Assembly: GCA_963781585.1 (NCBI GenBank)
Contig: CAWAGQ010000015.1
Location: 31,474-95,473 of the forward strand
Direction: 5' to 3'
Length of the DNA: 64,000 nucleotides
Origin: an uncultured Gemmatimonadaceae bacterium
Lineage (GTDB): Bacteria; Gemmatimonadota; Gemmatimonadetes; Gemmatimonadales; Gemmatimonadaceae
Shown here: positions 27,814 through 37,120 of the stretch, piece by piece
Layout of the letters: each line of letters opens with the position of its first letter
How positions within the stretch are numbered: position 1 is the stretch's first letter
Notes under the pieces: generated by a model
The model's database searches: none
Told to the model about the DNA's origin: nothing
The model's input: the letters and a program-made list of their open reading frames with translations, nothing else
Translations under genes and position numbers: made by a program

Positions 27814-29475
27814 ATGAACCGTCGCCGGTTTCTGGAGCAGTCTGCCGCGTTAGGTGGCCTCGCGGTCCTCGGCGCGGCGGCGCCAGCCTCCATCCCCCTC
27901 GTGCGATCCGCCCGCCGGTCCCGGCGCGCCATGCTCGCCGATTCGCACATCGAGATCCTCCTCGACGAGCCCATCGGCACCATCGCCCCGGAGCTCTACG
28001 GACACTTCACCGAACATCTGGGCGGCGTGATCTACGACGGCCTCTGGGTAGGAGAGGATTCACGGGTCCCGAACGTCGGCGGAATCCGGAAGGCCCTCGT
28101 GGACGCCCTGCGTGTGATCCATCCCTCGGTAATCCGCTGGCCCGGCGGGTGCTTCGCCGACTCCTACGACTGGCGCGACGGGGTCGGACCCCGCGACAAT
28201 CGTCCCACGCGCGTCAACTTCTGGTCCGACGATCCCCACCTCAAGACGCTCGGCAACGTCCCGCAGAAGTACGAGCCCAACCGGTTCGGCACCAACGAAT
28301 TCGCGCGCTTCTGCAGCCAGGTGAGCGCGCAGCCCTACTTCGGCGCAAACGTGCGCACCCAGCCGGCCGGCGTGTTTCACGAGTGGGTGGAGTATTGCAA
28401 TGCGCCCGCCGGGAGCACCACGCTCGCCAGGCTGCGTGAGGCGGGCGGCGAGCGCGATCCGCTCGGCGTACGCTACTGGGGGATCGGCAACGAGTCGTGG
28501 GGGTGCGGCGGCAACTTCACGCCCGAGGAGTACGCGGAGAACTTCCGGCGCTATGCCACCTGGTCGGTCCCGGAGTTCGGCGTGCAGCTGGCCTTCGTGG
28601 GATCAGGGCCGAACGGGGGCGATTACGACTGGACCCGCCGAGCCTTTCGCGCGCTCGCCGAGCGCAACGACCTGGGGCGACTGTGGGGATGGGCGCTGCA
28701 CCACTACTGCAGCGCCCCCGGCGGTGAGGCCGTCGCCTACAGCGACACCGACTGGTACGAGCTCCTGGCGAGCGCCAACCGGATCGAGTCGCTGATCACG
28801 GGTCACTGGCAGGTGATGCGCGAGTCGGACCGGCAGCATCGCGTGAAGCTGGTGGTGGACGAGTGGGGGGCGTGGCACAAGATGACCACCAATGTCGACC
28901 CCACGCATCTCTTCGGGCAGCAGTCCACGGTGCGGGACGCGCTGGTGGCGGGGCTCACCCTCGACATCTTCAACCGCCATGCCGACAAGGTGGCGATGGC
29001 GAACATCGCCCAGCTCGTCAACTGCATCCAGTCGCTGTTCCTGGCGCACGAGGACAAGTTCGTGGTCACGCCGACGTATCACGTGTTCGGGATGTACACG
29101 CCGCACCACGGAGGACAGTCGCTGCGGACCCTCGTGTCGGCGCCGGTCATCTCATGGACCGACACCCAGCGTCGGCCGCAACAGTTCTGGGGACTCGCCG
29201 GCTCAGCGTCGCTTCGCGAGAACGTCGTGACGCTCACGGTCACCAACCCGCACCTGAGCGAAGCGCGCGACGTGGAGATCGTGGTGCGCGGAGGGACCGC
29301 TCGTTCGGTGCAGGCCACGGTTCTGACCAATGCCGATGTGCGCGCTCACAACACGTTCGACCAGCCGCGCGCGGTGCAGCCGCGACAGGCGGACGTTCAG
29401 GCGGCGGCGGGCGCGATGGTGTACCACGCTCCCGCGGCATCGGTCAGCCGGTTGGATATCGCGCTCGGCGCCTGA
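27814..29475 (+). CDS. abfA: Alpha-L-arabinofuranosidase (GH51), Tat signal
   Basis: NRRRFL signal, YGHFTEHLG, RWPGGCFAD.Y.W, FGTNEF, WGIGNESWG, VDEWG, ANIAQLVN. Confidence 0.93.
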   Translation: MNRRRFLEQSAALGGLAVLGAAAPASIPLVRSARRSRRAMLADSHIEILLDEPIGTIAPELYGHFTEHLGGVIYDGLWVGEDSRVPNVGGIRKALVDALRVIHPSVIRWPGGCFADSYDWRDGVGPRDNRPTRVNFWSDDPHLKTLGNVPQKYEPNRFGTNEFARFCSQVSAQPYFGANVRTQPAGVFHEWVEYCNAPAGSTTLARLREAGGERDPLGVRYWGIGNESWGCGGNFTPEEYAENFRRYATWSVPEFGVQLAFVGSGPNGGDYDWTRRAFRALAERNDLGRLWGWALHHYCSAPGGEAVAYSDTDWYELLASANRIESLITGHWQVMRESDRQHRVKLVVDEWGAWHKMTTNVDPTHLFGQQSTVRDALVAGLTLDIFNRHADKVAMANIAQLVNCIQSLFLAHEDKFVVTPTYHVFGMYTPHHGGQSLRTLVSAPVISWTDTQRRPQQFWGLAGSASLRENVVTLTVTNPHLSEARDVEIVVRGGTARSVQATVLTNADVRAHNTFDQPRAVQPRQADVQAAAGAMVYHAPAASVSRLDIALGA

Positions 29476-31481
29476 ATCCGTCGCGCCGCCTGACGTGACG
29501 CTGTGTCCGGCGGCATGTAGAGTGGCTGGACGACGGGCCAGCCGAGAATGGGGGTCAACACCGTGGGGTCGATCTTCCGTTCGCCCACCGGGAAACTGAA
29601 GCCATGAGGAAGTGGGTGTAACGCGGGCTTGGCAACCCTGGCCGCACGTGCCAGCCGGTCCGGTCCGGCGGATTCACGTTCGGACGTGCCCCGCTGACGC
29701 GTTCGAACAGCTGCGCCGTCCCTTAGCACCGGGGGCTTCGCGGGGATCACCCATTCGATTCGTTTCACCAGGCTGTCGTACACGGTGAGAAGCGTGTCTG
29801 CGATCGAGGTCGCTCCGTGGCGCACCTGCAATCGAATCGGTCGTTCGCGCACGACCCCGCATACTCGGAACCGCCCTTCCGGATCCACCGAAACCATCTG
29901 ACCCGCGCCGAGGACCCCCAGGTTCCCGGTTGCGGTTTCGGTCGCCCAATCGATCCGGACGTTGCCCTTGTAGTCGGCCTGCCACGTCGCCCACACCTCG
30001 GCATCGGCAACAGGACGGTGGTCGGAGGTGGTTAGTCGCCCAACGACAATCGATGAACGCTCAGGCAGCTTTTGGCCCTTGCATGAGTGCCGCAGACTCT
30101 CGATCAGAGGAGAGAGGCGGATGGTCACGTCTGTCTGTGGCGCGCGACGCAGGTCGATGCTCCGCGAAGCTGTCCGCGCTGGCGCATATTCGACGAGAGC
30201 GGTGTCCACGGCGTCGATCACATAGTGGCCGGGGACCACAGGCCACAGGGAGAATGCGCCGTCGGCGTCGGAGGTGACCGTGTCGGCGGTACCCAGGAGA
30301 AAGATCATCACGTTGTCCATGGGCCGGCCGGTGCCCTTCTCCGACACGTGTCCGGTCACACGACTGGTCGGGGCTGCCCAGTGTGCGCTGTCGGGCCACG
30401 CGGCGCTCATCACTTCTCCTCCTTTCTCCCGGATTTCGACCACCTGGAGGTCAAGCCGCTCGGTGCGTCGCGTGTCTTCTCGGACGTCAACCCGGGTCGC
30501 GGATCGAATCGCGGGTGGGAGCGGGCTCATGACCGGAATGCGCATCACCCACTGCTCGATGAACACCACCCCGTTAGGCATGGAGTGGAACCTCAGCGCG
30601 CCACCGGCTCCGGCGCGTTGCGCCGCTCTCTCCAGACCGGTGAACTGGAACTCGAGGGTGCGAAGGGCCGGCACCTTGGCGTCGAGCCACAACACGCCCG
30701 CGACATCGACAAGCGAATCGCGCCCGGGGATCGGGTCGAAGGCGAGGCCCACCTGATCCGGATGCGCGCTGTTGGCGCGCTGGAATCCGAGACAGTGCGT
30801 CGACGCAAACGTCGGGTCCAGCAGGACGTCGGCGTCAGGAGCGCTATACGATCGCTCGGTCGAGTCCTCCTGCATATACCCTTTGGCCACGAACTCCGAT
30901 GGCGGCGCCGACGCAAGAAATGGTCTGGTGGTACGACCAGACTGGAATCGCACCACCTGACTGCGAACAAGATCGTCGCCGGGGTGCATCGTGCGCTCGT
31001 AGACCAGCATGGTGGCGATCGCCGGCTTCGACTCGCGCGCCACCACGGCGGCCAGTAACCCGGCGCGTGCCTGATCCCATAGCTCCACAGCCGCATCCCG
31101 CGACGCGGACCCGGGACAGAGTTTCTCTCCAGATACCTTCACCGCGCTCAGAAGCGGCGGCAGTCGTTCCATGCTGATTTCGAATCCCCGGCCATCCGGT
31201 GTAGTCGGGATGTCGAGCTCATGCGGACGAAAGCCAATGCGAACAACCCGCAGCCGTCTCGCGGAGGCGGTCACGACGATGGTGAATCGCCCGGTCGCGT
31301 CCGCAATCGTCCGCGCGGTGACGTCTCCCGCTGCGTCGAGGGACGAAACAACGGCGCCCGGAACGGGCAGCTGGCTCACGCTGTCCCGCACAACACCGGG
31401 CAGTTGCTGCGCACCAGCGGAGCGGATCGCTCCTGCGAGAGCGAACCCGAGGAAGGCACGGCAATGACCTGAACCCCACAT
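29397..31481 (-). CDS. Secreted carboxypeptidase-regulatory-like domain protein; C-terminal ~110 aa possibly spurious read-through
   Basis: Signal ending AGAQ, GVVRDS...VPGAVV, YSAPDADVLL...FASTHC motif, second Ig-like domain; the tail overlaps the convergent GH51 gene. Confidence 0.75.
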   Translation of the reverse strand: MWGSGHCRAFLGFALAGAIRSAGAQQLPGVVRDSVSQLPVPGAVVSSLDAAGDVTARTIADATGRFTIVVTASARRLRVVRIGFRPHELDIPTTPDGRGFEISMERLPPLLSAVKVSGEKLCPGSASRDAAVELWDQARAGLLAAVVARESKPAIATMLVYERTMHPGDDLVRSQVVRFQSGRTTRPFLASAPPSEFVAKGYMQEDSTERSYSAPDADVLLDPTFASTHCLGFQRANSAHPDQVGLAFDPIPGRDSLVDVAGVLWLDAKVPALRTLEFQFTGLERAAQRAGAGGALRFHSMPNGVVFIEQWVMRIPVMSPLPPAIRSATRVDVREDTRRTERLDLQVVEIREKGGEVMSAAWPDSAHWAAPTSRVTGHVSEKGTGRPMDNVMIFLLGTADTVTSDADGAFSLWPVVPGHYVIDAVDTALVEYAPARTASRSIDLRRAPQTDVTIRLSPLIESLRHSCKGQKLPERSSIVVGRLTTSDHRPVADAEVWATWQADYKGNVRIDWATETATGNLGVLGAGQMVSVDPEGRFRVCGVVRERPIRLQVRHGATSIADTLLTVYDSLVKRIEWVIPAKPPVLRDGAAVRTRQRGTSERESAGPDRLARAARVAKPALHPLPHGFSFPVGERKIDPTVLTPILGWPVVQPLYMPPDTASRQAARRIQAPSAISNRLTDAAGAWYTIAPAAA

Positions 31482-31689
31482 CGGCAGCTATCCTTTGGGT
31501 TCGGCTGCATGAATACGCCCCCCGCCCCGCCCTGTCCATGTTGTCCGGAGAAAATTCTGTGACCGCCAGGATGCAACGCGCACTCATCACCCGCCCCCGT
31601 CGCTCCACGGCGCAACGTTCAGTGGGCCGGGCCGACGTGCGGACCGAACGCCAGCGCCTAACGTGACTCCGAGTCCCGCATTGCGGACC

Positions 31690-34095
31690 TCAAGACCCCT
31701 TCCGTCCGCCACGCGGCGCCGTGAACCGCGCGACATCGAGATTCGCCTCACGCAGCAGCGCGGCAAAGCGTGGACTCTGTCGCACCGGGTCGTACGCGGG
31801 ATCGAGCAAAATGACAAACGATATCCACAGCGGTCCCGTCGATCGTGCGGTCCGCTCTATTGCGCTGAGCGCACCCGCGTTGTCTCCGAGCGCCAGGAGA
31901 ACCGAGGCCTTCTCCATGTCGGCATACCACGGGCGCGGGGTGCTCGCGTCCACGGCGCGGACCATCCGATTCGCAGTCGTCGTGTCTCCCAGCTTGGCGT
32001 ACACGTATGGCGCCAGCGACATTCCTCCCGACTGGACGAGTGCAGGCAGGAATCGTCGCGCGTCATCGTTTCTCCCCAGGCCGAGATAAATCTGGGCACC
32101 CATGTCCGCCATCGCGAGCAGCGTCGAATCGAGCGTGAACGCCCGCTCGATCTCGGTCATCGCGGAATCAACCCGGCCGCTGTGGAAGTAGGCGGCCGCC
32201 GTCCAGGCGGAGACCAGCGGCGACACGGGCTCGACCCTCCCCGCCCGTGCGAGCAGGGCGAGCGCCTCGTTGAACTCGCCGCGCACGACCAGGTTGCGCG
32301 CCCAGGTGTGGAGGGCCTCGAAGTTCTTGGCCTCGAGTGCCAGCGCGCTCCGGAATTCCCCGTCTGACGCCTCCCACTGGCCGGCATCCGCGTAGGTTTG
32401 GCCGAGCGCGGTGTGGGCATCGGCCAGCTCGGGGTCGAGCGCGAGCGCCAATTTGGCCTCGCTGATGACGCGGGCCTCCAGTTCCGCGGGTGCGATTCCG
32501 AGGAAATACGGTTCGAACGTGAGCGCCATCGCCAACGCCGCGTGCGCTCGCGCGAAATTCGGGTCGAGCGCAATCGCGCGCTCGAAGTTCTGCACGCTCA
32601 GCAGCACCCCGGCGCCACGCCGCTTCAGCAGCTCCTGCCCCACGAGGTAGAGGTCGAGCGCCTCGGGATTCGTCGTCCCCGCCGCGGATCCGGCCTGCCG
32701 CGTTCGCGCGAATCGCCCCGGAAAGCGCGCCCGGAGCGTATCGCCCAACGTCCGTACGAGATCGTCGGTAAGCGAGCCAAAGTCCTTGCGGCTTCGGCTG
32801 AACCTCCCGCTCCAGAGTTCCCCGCGGGTCACCGAGTCATTGAGCTGTGCATGGATGACCACCTGTCCGACGTCCTCGCGCAGCGTGCCCGTCACCAGAA
32901 TCCGCACGCCGAGCTCCCGTTCAATCGCCTGCGGATCGAGATCGCTCCGCCCCTTGTATCGGTAGGCCGCGTTGCGGCCGATGATCTCGATCCCCGGGTC
33001 CTTCCCCACCGCGGTGAGGATCTCGTCGCTGATCCCGTCGCTCAGGTAGTCCAGTGCGGTGTCGCGGGCCAGGTTGAGGAAGGGGACCGCCCCCAGCGTG
33101 ATCGGCTGTGGCACAGGACGAAGCGCAAGCCAGGCCGCGATCGCCACCGCGACGGCCGCGACTCCGACACCGGCCACTACCAGCTTTCGCGGTCGTCGAC
33201 GCGCCCACACCACCGGCTGCGTGGTGACGTTCTCGAGGGCGTCCAGCACGTCGGCCGCACTCCGGGGACGCCGCTCGGGCTCCTTCTCCAGGCACTGAAA
33301 CACCAGCTCCGCCAAACCCGGTGGCGCATCGTCCCTCGCGAGCGGGGCTGGGCTCCGTGCCAGTTGCGCCATCAGCGTCTCCGCCATCGAGAGGCCGGCA
33401 AACGGCCCGCGGCCCGCGAGCATCTCGTACATCACCAACCCGGCCGCGTAGATGTCGATGCGATGATCGACGTCGCCCCCCGTACCGAACTGCTCAGGCG
33501 CCATGTACGCGGGCGTCCCGATTCCCGCTCCCGCCTGCGTGAGCGTCTCGGACTCTCCGGGTGCGCGCGCCTCGCCGAGCGCCTTGGCGATGCCGAAGTC
33601 GGTGACCGCGGCGGTGCGCCCTGACAGCAGCACGTTCCCGGGCTTGATGTCGCGATGGACGATGCCGCTCGCATGCGCGCACGCGAGCGCCTCGAGCACG
33701 TCGCGCCAGATGGCCACGGCATCCTTCACCGGCAGCGCGCCATCCCGGGCGATCCGGGTACGCAGCGATTCGCCGGCCACGAAAGGCATCGTGTAGTAGA
33801 GCAGCCCTCCACCCGCATTCGCTGCCAGCACCGGGACGATGTGCGGGTGCTGGAGTTGTGCGGCGAGCTGGATCTCGCGCTGGAAGCGCTGGATGCCGAG
33901 CCCCAGCGACATCTCCTGTGGCAACACCTTCACGACGACCTTCCGATGCAGCGTCACCTCATCGGCGAGAAAGACGCGGCTCATGCCGCCGCCGGTCAGT
34001 TCGCGTTCGATGACGTACCCCGCGCCAAGCGCGACTTGCAGCCCCTCCTGGAGGCCTTTGTCTCCGCGTTCGCCGGGCACACCCAGGTCCGCCAT
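31690..34095 (-). CDS. Hanks-type Ser/Thr kinase with TM helix, TolB-like domain and TPR repeats
   Basis: GGGMSRVF, VVKVL, HRDIKPGN, DFGIAK, GTPAYMAPEQ, D.YAAG; TM segment; VPFLNL...YLSDGISDEI; TPR-like AIALDP repeats. Confidence 0.93.
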   Translation of the reverse strand: MADLGVPGERGDKGLQEGLQVALGAGYVIERELTGGGMSRVFLADEVTLHRKVVVKVLPQEMSLGLGIQRFQREIQLAAQLQHPHIVPVLAANAGGGLLYYTMPFVAGESLRTRIARDGALPVKDAVAIWRDVLEALACAHASGIVHRDIKPGNVLLSGRTAAVTDFGIAKALGEARAPGESETLTQAGAGIGTPAYMAPEQFGTGGDVDHRIDIYAAGLVMYEMLAGRGPFAGLSMAETLMAQLARSPAPLARDDAPPGLAELVFQCLEKEPERRPRSAADVLDALENVTTQPVVWARRRPRKLVVAGVGVAAVAVAIAAWLALRPVPQPITLGAVPFLNLARDTALDYLSDGISDEILTAVGKDPGIEIIGRNAAYRYKGRSDLDPQAIERELGVRILVTGTLREDVGQVVIHAQLNDSVTRGELWSGRFSRSRKDFGSLTDDLVRTLGDTLRARFPGRFARTRQAGSAAGTTNPEALDLYLVGQELLKRRGAGVLLSVQNFERAIALDPNFARAHAALAMALTFEPYFLGIAPAELEARVISEAKLALALDPELADAHTALGQTYADAGQWEASDGEFRSALALEAKNFEALHTWARNLVVRGEFNEALALLARAGRVEPVSPLVSAWTAAAYFHSGRVDSAMTEIERAFTLDSTLLAMADMGAQIYLGLGRNDDARRFLPALVQSGGMSLAPYVYAKLGDTTTANRMVRAVDASTPRPWYADMEKASVLLALGDNAGALSAIERTARSTGPLWISFVILLDPAYDPVRQSPRFAALLREANLDVARFTAPRGGRKGS

Positions 34096-34102
34096 GGCGC
34101 GC

Positions 34103-34804
34103 TCAGCCTCGGCCCTTCGGCTCCACTCTCACCAGTTTGAGCGAGCCGTCCTGGAGCAGCCCCACATTCGGCGCATACCGCTTCACCTCCCGCTGCCGGG
34201 GCTCGAGCGGGCTCGTCTCCTCGGTCCGCAGGACGTTGGCGTAGGTACCGGCCGGCGTCTTGAGGGTGTCGGTCAGGCGCACGATGCGGGCCCGGTCCAT
34301 CGCCATTCCCGGCGCGATCTCCTGATAGTACCGGCCGCCGATCAGCGGCAGCCCGGGCATCATGAGCCCGAACCGTGCGCCGTTCGCGCCCGCCTGCCAG
34401 CTCCCCTCGTGACTCGTGATCTTGCCATTCCTGTACATGTCCACGTCTTCGCCGAAGTAGAACACGCTGTTGGTGCGCCGGCTGATGGCGAAGAAGTTGC
34501 GCGATACTTCCACCAGCTGACCGGCATTGGTCTCGCGTTCCTCCACCACCCGCGTCTCCACGCCCGCCACGACCTTCGTCTGGGCGAGCACCGTGATCAC
34601 CAGCCGCTCCGATCCATTCTCCAGTGTCAACCGGTAGCCGGGTTCGAGGACAACGTACGGATTACGACCGGTGGACGTGAGCTCCCCGGGACTCACCGGG
34701 AAGCGATCGGTCCATTCCCCGTCGTTCTGGGCAGCCGGGCCTGCGCCGGGCAATAGCGTTAGGCAGGCGCATGCCGCTGCCGCCCCCGCACGATGTCTCT
34801 TCAT
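34103..34804 (-). CDS. Secreted hypothetical protein
   Basis: Signal peptide, NPYVVLEPG, VFYFGEDVD...GSWQAG, KRYAPNVGL. Confidence 0.75.
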   Translation of the reverse strand: MKRHRAGAAAACACLTLLPGAGPAAQNDGEWTDRFPVSPGELTSTGRNPYVVLEPGYRLTLENGSERLVITVLAQTKVVAGVETRVVEERETNAGQLVEVSRNFFAISRRTNSVFYFGEDVDMYRNGKITSHEGSWQAGANGARFGLMMPGLPLIGGRYYQEIAPGMAMDRARIVRLTDTLKTPAGTYANVLRTEETSPLEPRQREVKRYAPNVGLLQDGSLKLVRVEPKGRG

Positions 34805-34976
34805 GAGTCACCTCCGTGACGCAGGAACTTGTCGCGCCGATCCGCATGCCGCGAGGGTCGAACCGGACCGTGACGCCCTCGCACCGATGGCGCGCACCGC
34901 TTGGGGCGTCACGCGGGTCACGGTCACGGTGTCGAACCAATGGCACGCACCTCGTGGCGTCACCCGCCGGAGTTCG

Positions 34977-35537
34977 TCATCGACGACTCGCCGGGCGTGC
35001 GCGATCCGACCGCACCCGGCGCCGGCTGGCCGGTCCCTTGCGCCTGGCGCGCTTCCGTTTCCGGGGAGCGGGCTCCAGCATCGTCCCGCGACACTTCGGC
35101 GAGCCGCATCGGCACGCGAACTGTTGCTCCACTTCCTGGTCGTCGGGATCGTCGCGCGTGAGGTGGTAATCGTACGCCAGTTCCTCACCGGCAGCGATGT
35201 CCCGCGTGGCCTCGAGGTAGACGTGCCCCTTCTGAATGACCGCTTCGCAGTTCGGGTCGCACGAGTGGTTGATGAACCGGGCCTCGTTCCCCCCGACTCC
35301 GGCGTCGATCACCGTGCGCTTGTCGACCACGAACAACACCACGTGCGGATGATCGCCGTCCTCCTCGTAGCGGCTGTCCGCCTCATCGTGGCTGACACGC
35401 TCTCCCTTGTACTCGATGATGCGCGCGCCTTTGCGGATGGGTCTCGTGGCAAAGGCACCGGTCCCCTGGATGGGCGAGTTGCGGAGCTCGAACGGGAGCT
35501 GCCGCGGCGTTCGTGTGGTTTCTGCCCTGGTTCGCAT
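34977..35537 (-). CDS. SET-domain protein (putative lysine methyltransferase) with post-SET motif
   Basis: SPIQGTGAFA, IEYKGE, ARFINHSCDPNC, GEELAYDY, CRCGSPKCRG; basic C-terminal tail. Confidence 0.92.
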   Translation of the reverse strand: MRTRAETTRTPRQLPFELRNSPIQGTGAFATRPIRKGARIIEYKGERVSHDEADSRYEEDGDHPHVVLFVVDKRTVIDAGVGGNEARFINHSCDPNCEAVIQKGHVYLEATRDIAAGEELAYDYHLTRDDPDDQEVEQQFACRCGSPKCRGTMLEPAPRKRKRARRKGPASRRRVRSDRARPASRR

Positions 35538-35661
35538 GGATGATGGAAAGGTCGCGGCATGGATGTTGTCGCGGAACAGCGCCGACCGGCGTCGTCACGG
35601 ATGATAGAGAGACCCGCGGAAGATACTACGGCGCCCGGAGGTAGTCGCGGGCTCTCACGCG

Positions 35662-36330
35662 TCAGCCGCGCACCGGAGCGCCCGCGGGAATGGCACCCGA
35701 TCGCTCTTCGTCCAGCTCCTCCGCCGCCTCGTGCGTCGAGCGGTAGCAGAGCCGGATCCAGAGGAGCCAGAGCGATGCGTTGACCGTCAGCCCGATCACC
35801 GGCTTCACCAGGGCGATGAGCGTCGCCGCCGTGTACACGAGCGGACCCGCGATATACGCCTTGCGGATGCGCGTCACGGTGGCCTGCTCCACCTCGGGAT
35901 GCAGAAGCCCGCCGCGCACGATGCTCGCGAACAACACGCTCCAGGTCAGGCTGATGACGATGAACGTTCCGCAGTAGAACGTGACCGCCGCGATGGCCGC
36001 GCCAGTCGCCAGATGCTCCGCCAGCACGGCCGTGGGAAAGGGCACGAAGGTCACCATCAGCAGCAGAAAGCCGTTGGCGAACAGGAAGGGGTAGCCCACC
36101 CCACGCACGAGCCGCATGAGCTCGTGGTGATTCACCCACATGATCAGGATGACGAAGAAACTCAGCAGGAACGCGAGATAAGAGGGCCAGAGCGCCACGA
36201 GTCCGGCCCAGAGCGCCGCGGCGCCCCCGGTACCGGCATGGGGGACCTTGATCTCGAGGATGAGCAGCGTGATGGCGATCGCGAACACGCCGTCACTGAA
36301 TGCTTCTGCCCGTTCGGTTCCTTCAGCCAT
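35662..36330 (-). CDS. TMEM175 family potassium channel
   Basis: RAEAFSDGVFAIAITLLIL signature, SFFVI..MWVNHH, FVPFPT. Confidence 0.92.
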   Translation of the reverse strand: MAEGTERAEAFSDGVFAIAITLLILEIKVPHAGTGGAAALWAGLVALWPSYLAFLLSFFVILIMWVNHHELMRLVRGVGYPFLFANGFLLLMVTFVPFPTAVLAEHLATGAAIAAVTFYCGTFIVISLTWSVLFASIVRGGLLHPEVEQATVTRIRKAYIAGPLVYTAATLIALVKPVIGLTVNASLWLLWIRLCYRSTHEAAEELDEERSGAIPAGAPVRG

Positions 36331-36341
36331 GGAATGCGCGA

Positions 36342-36430
36342 CCAGTTGTCAGTTATCGGATTCGGCGATCTGCGGTCAGCGTTCGGGAAAAGCGAGCGGC
36401 GATCAGCCGGCAGACACCAGCTGTCAGTGA
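36342..36430 (+). repeat. Degenerate heptamer repeats (CCAGTTG/TCAGTTA/TCGGCGA/CCAGCTG/TCAGTGA)
   Basis: Intergenic; same YC(A/G)G-N3 periodicity as the other arrays. Confidence 0.5.
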
Positions 36431-36462
36431 CGAGCGTTCAGACCCGACCTCCGCACTTCCGG

Positions 36463-36834
36463 TCACCGACCTCCCGCTTTCCGACGTCCCCGGTACTCGC
36501 CCACGAGCCGGCGGGGCGCGCTCCGCAACCAGGCCTGTTCGAACACCTCGCGCAGCGCCTTCGGCGAAACCCGGTTGAGACGAATCAGAACCGTTGGGTA
36601 GCCCCGGTAGTGATCGGTGTTGAAGAACGTCTCCGGGTCCGCCTGCATGCGGAAATCGCGCTCGTCGAACCCGCACTTCACTACCAGCGTCTCTCCATCT
36701 TCCCGGAGTCGCGAGAGGAACTTTCCCTTGACCCTGAACGCCGCGGTGCCATACGAGACGCCCTCCTCTACGCCGGGAAACTCGAGCGCGATTCGGCGGA
36801 CAGTGTCGAAGTTGACCTTTCGGCTGGGCGCCAT
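36463..36834 (-). CDS. MmcQ/YjbR family DNA-binding protein
   Basis: VRRIALEFPGVEE..SYGT.AFRV.GK, PETFF.TDHY.GYP.VL, AWL..AP. Confidence 0.88.
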   Translation of the reverse strand: MAPSRKVNFDTVRRIALEFPGVEEGVSYGTAAFRVKGKFLSRLREDGETLVVKCGFDERDFRMQADPETFFNTDHYRGYPTVLIRLNRVSPKALREVFEQAWLRSAPRRLVGEYRGRRKAGGR

Positions 36835-37120
36835 GATGGTGTACGCGGTGCGGGCCCCGGTGCCCCCAACGGTACACTCAACCACCGTCCATGGCCAAGG
36901 TCGTGACTCGGGCACGGACCGCCACAGCCTGTCCTATACGATGTCAGGAAGAGTGGTCGGGAACAGTTGTGCGCTCGTTCGGCCGGCGCGCAAGCCCCGC
37001 GGCGGTCGAACGCCGGCGAGCAGCGCGCTGGCCACTGCAACGCGCCTCGGCGGGCGCCGGCATCGCCCAGGTGCGGGGCGGCACGTACCGCATGAGACTG
37101 CCCCTCCTTTGGCCTTTGGT

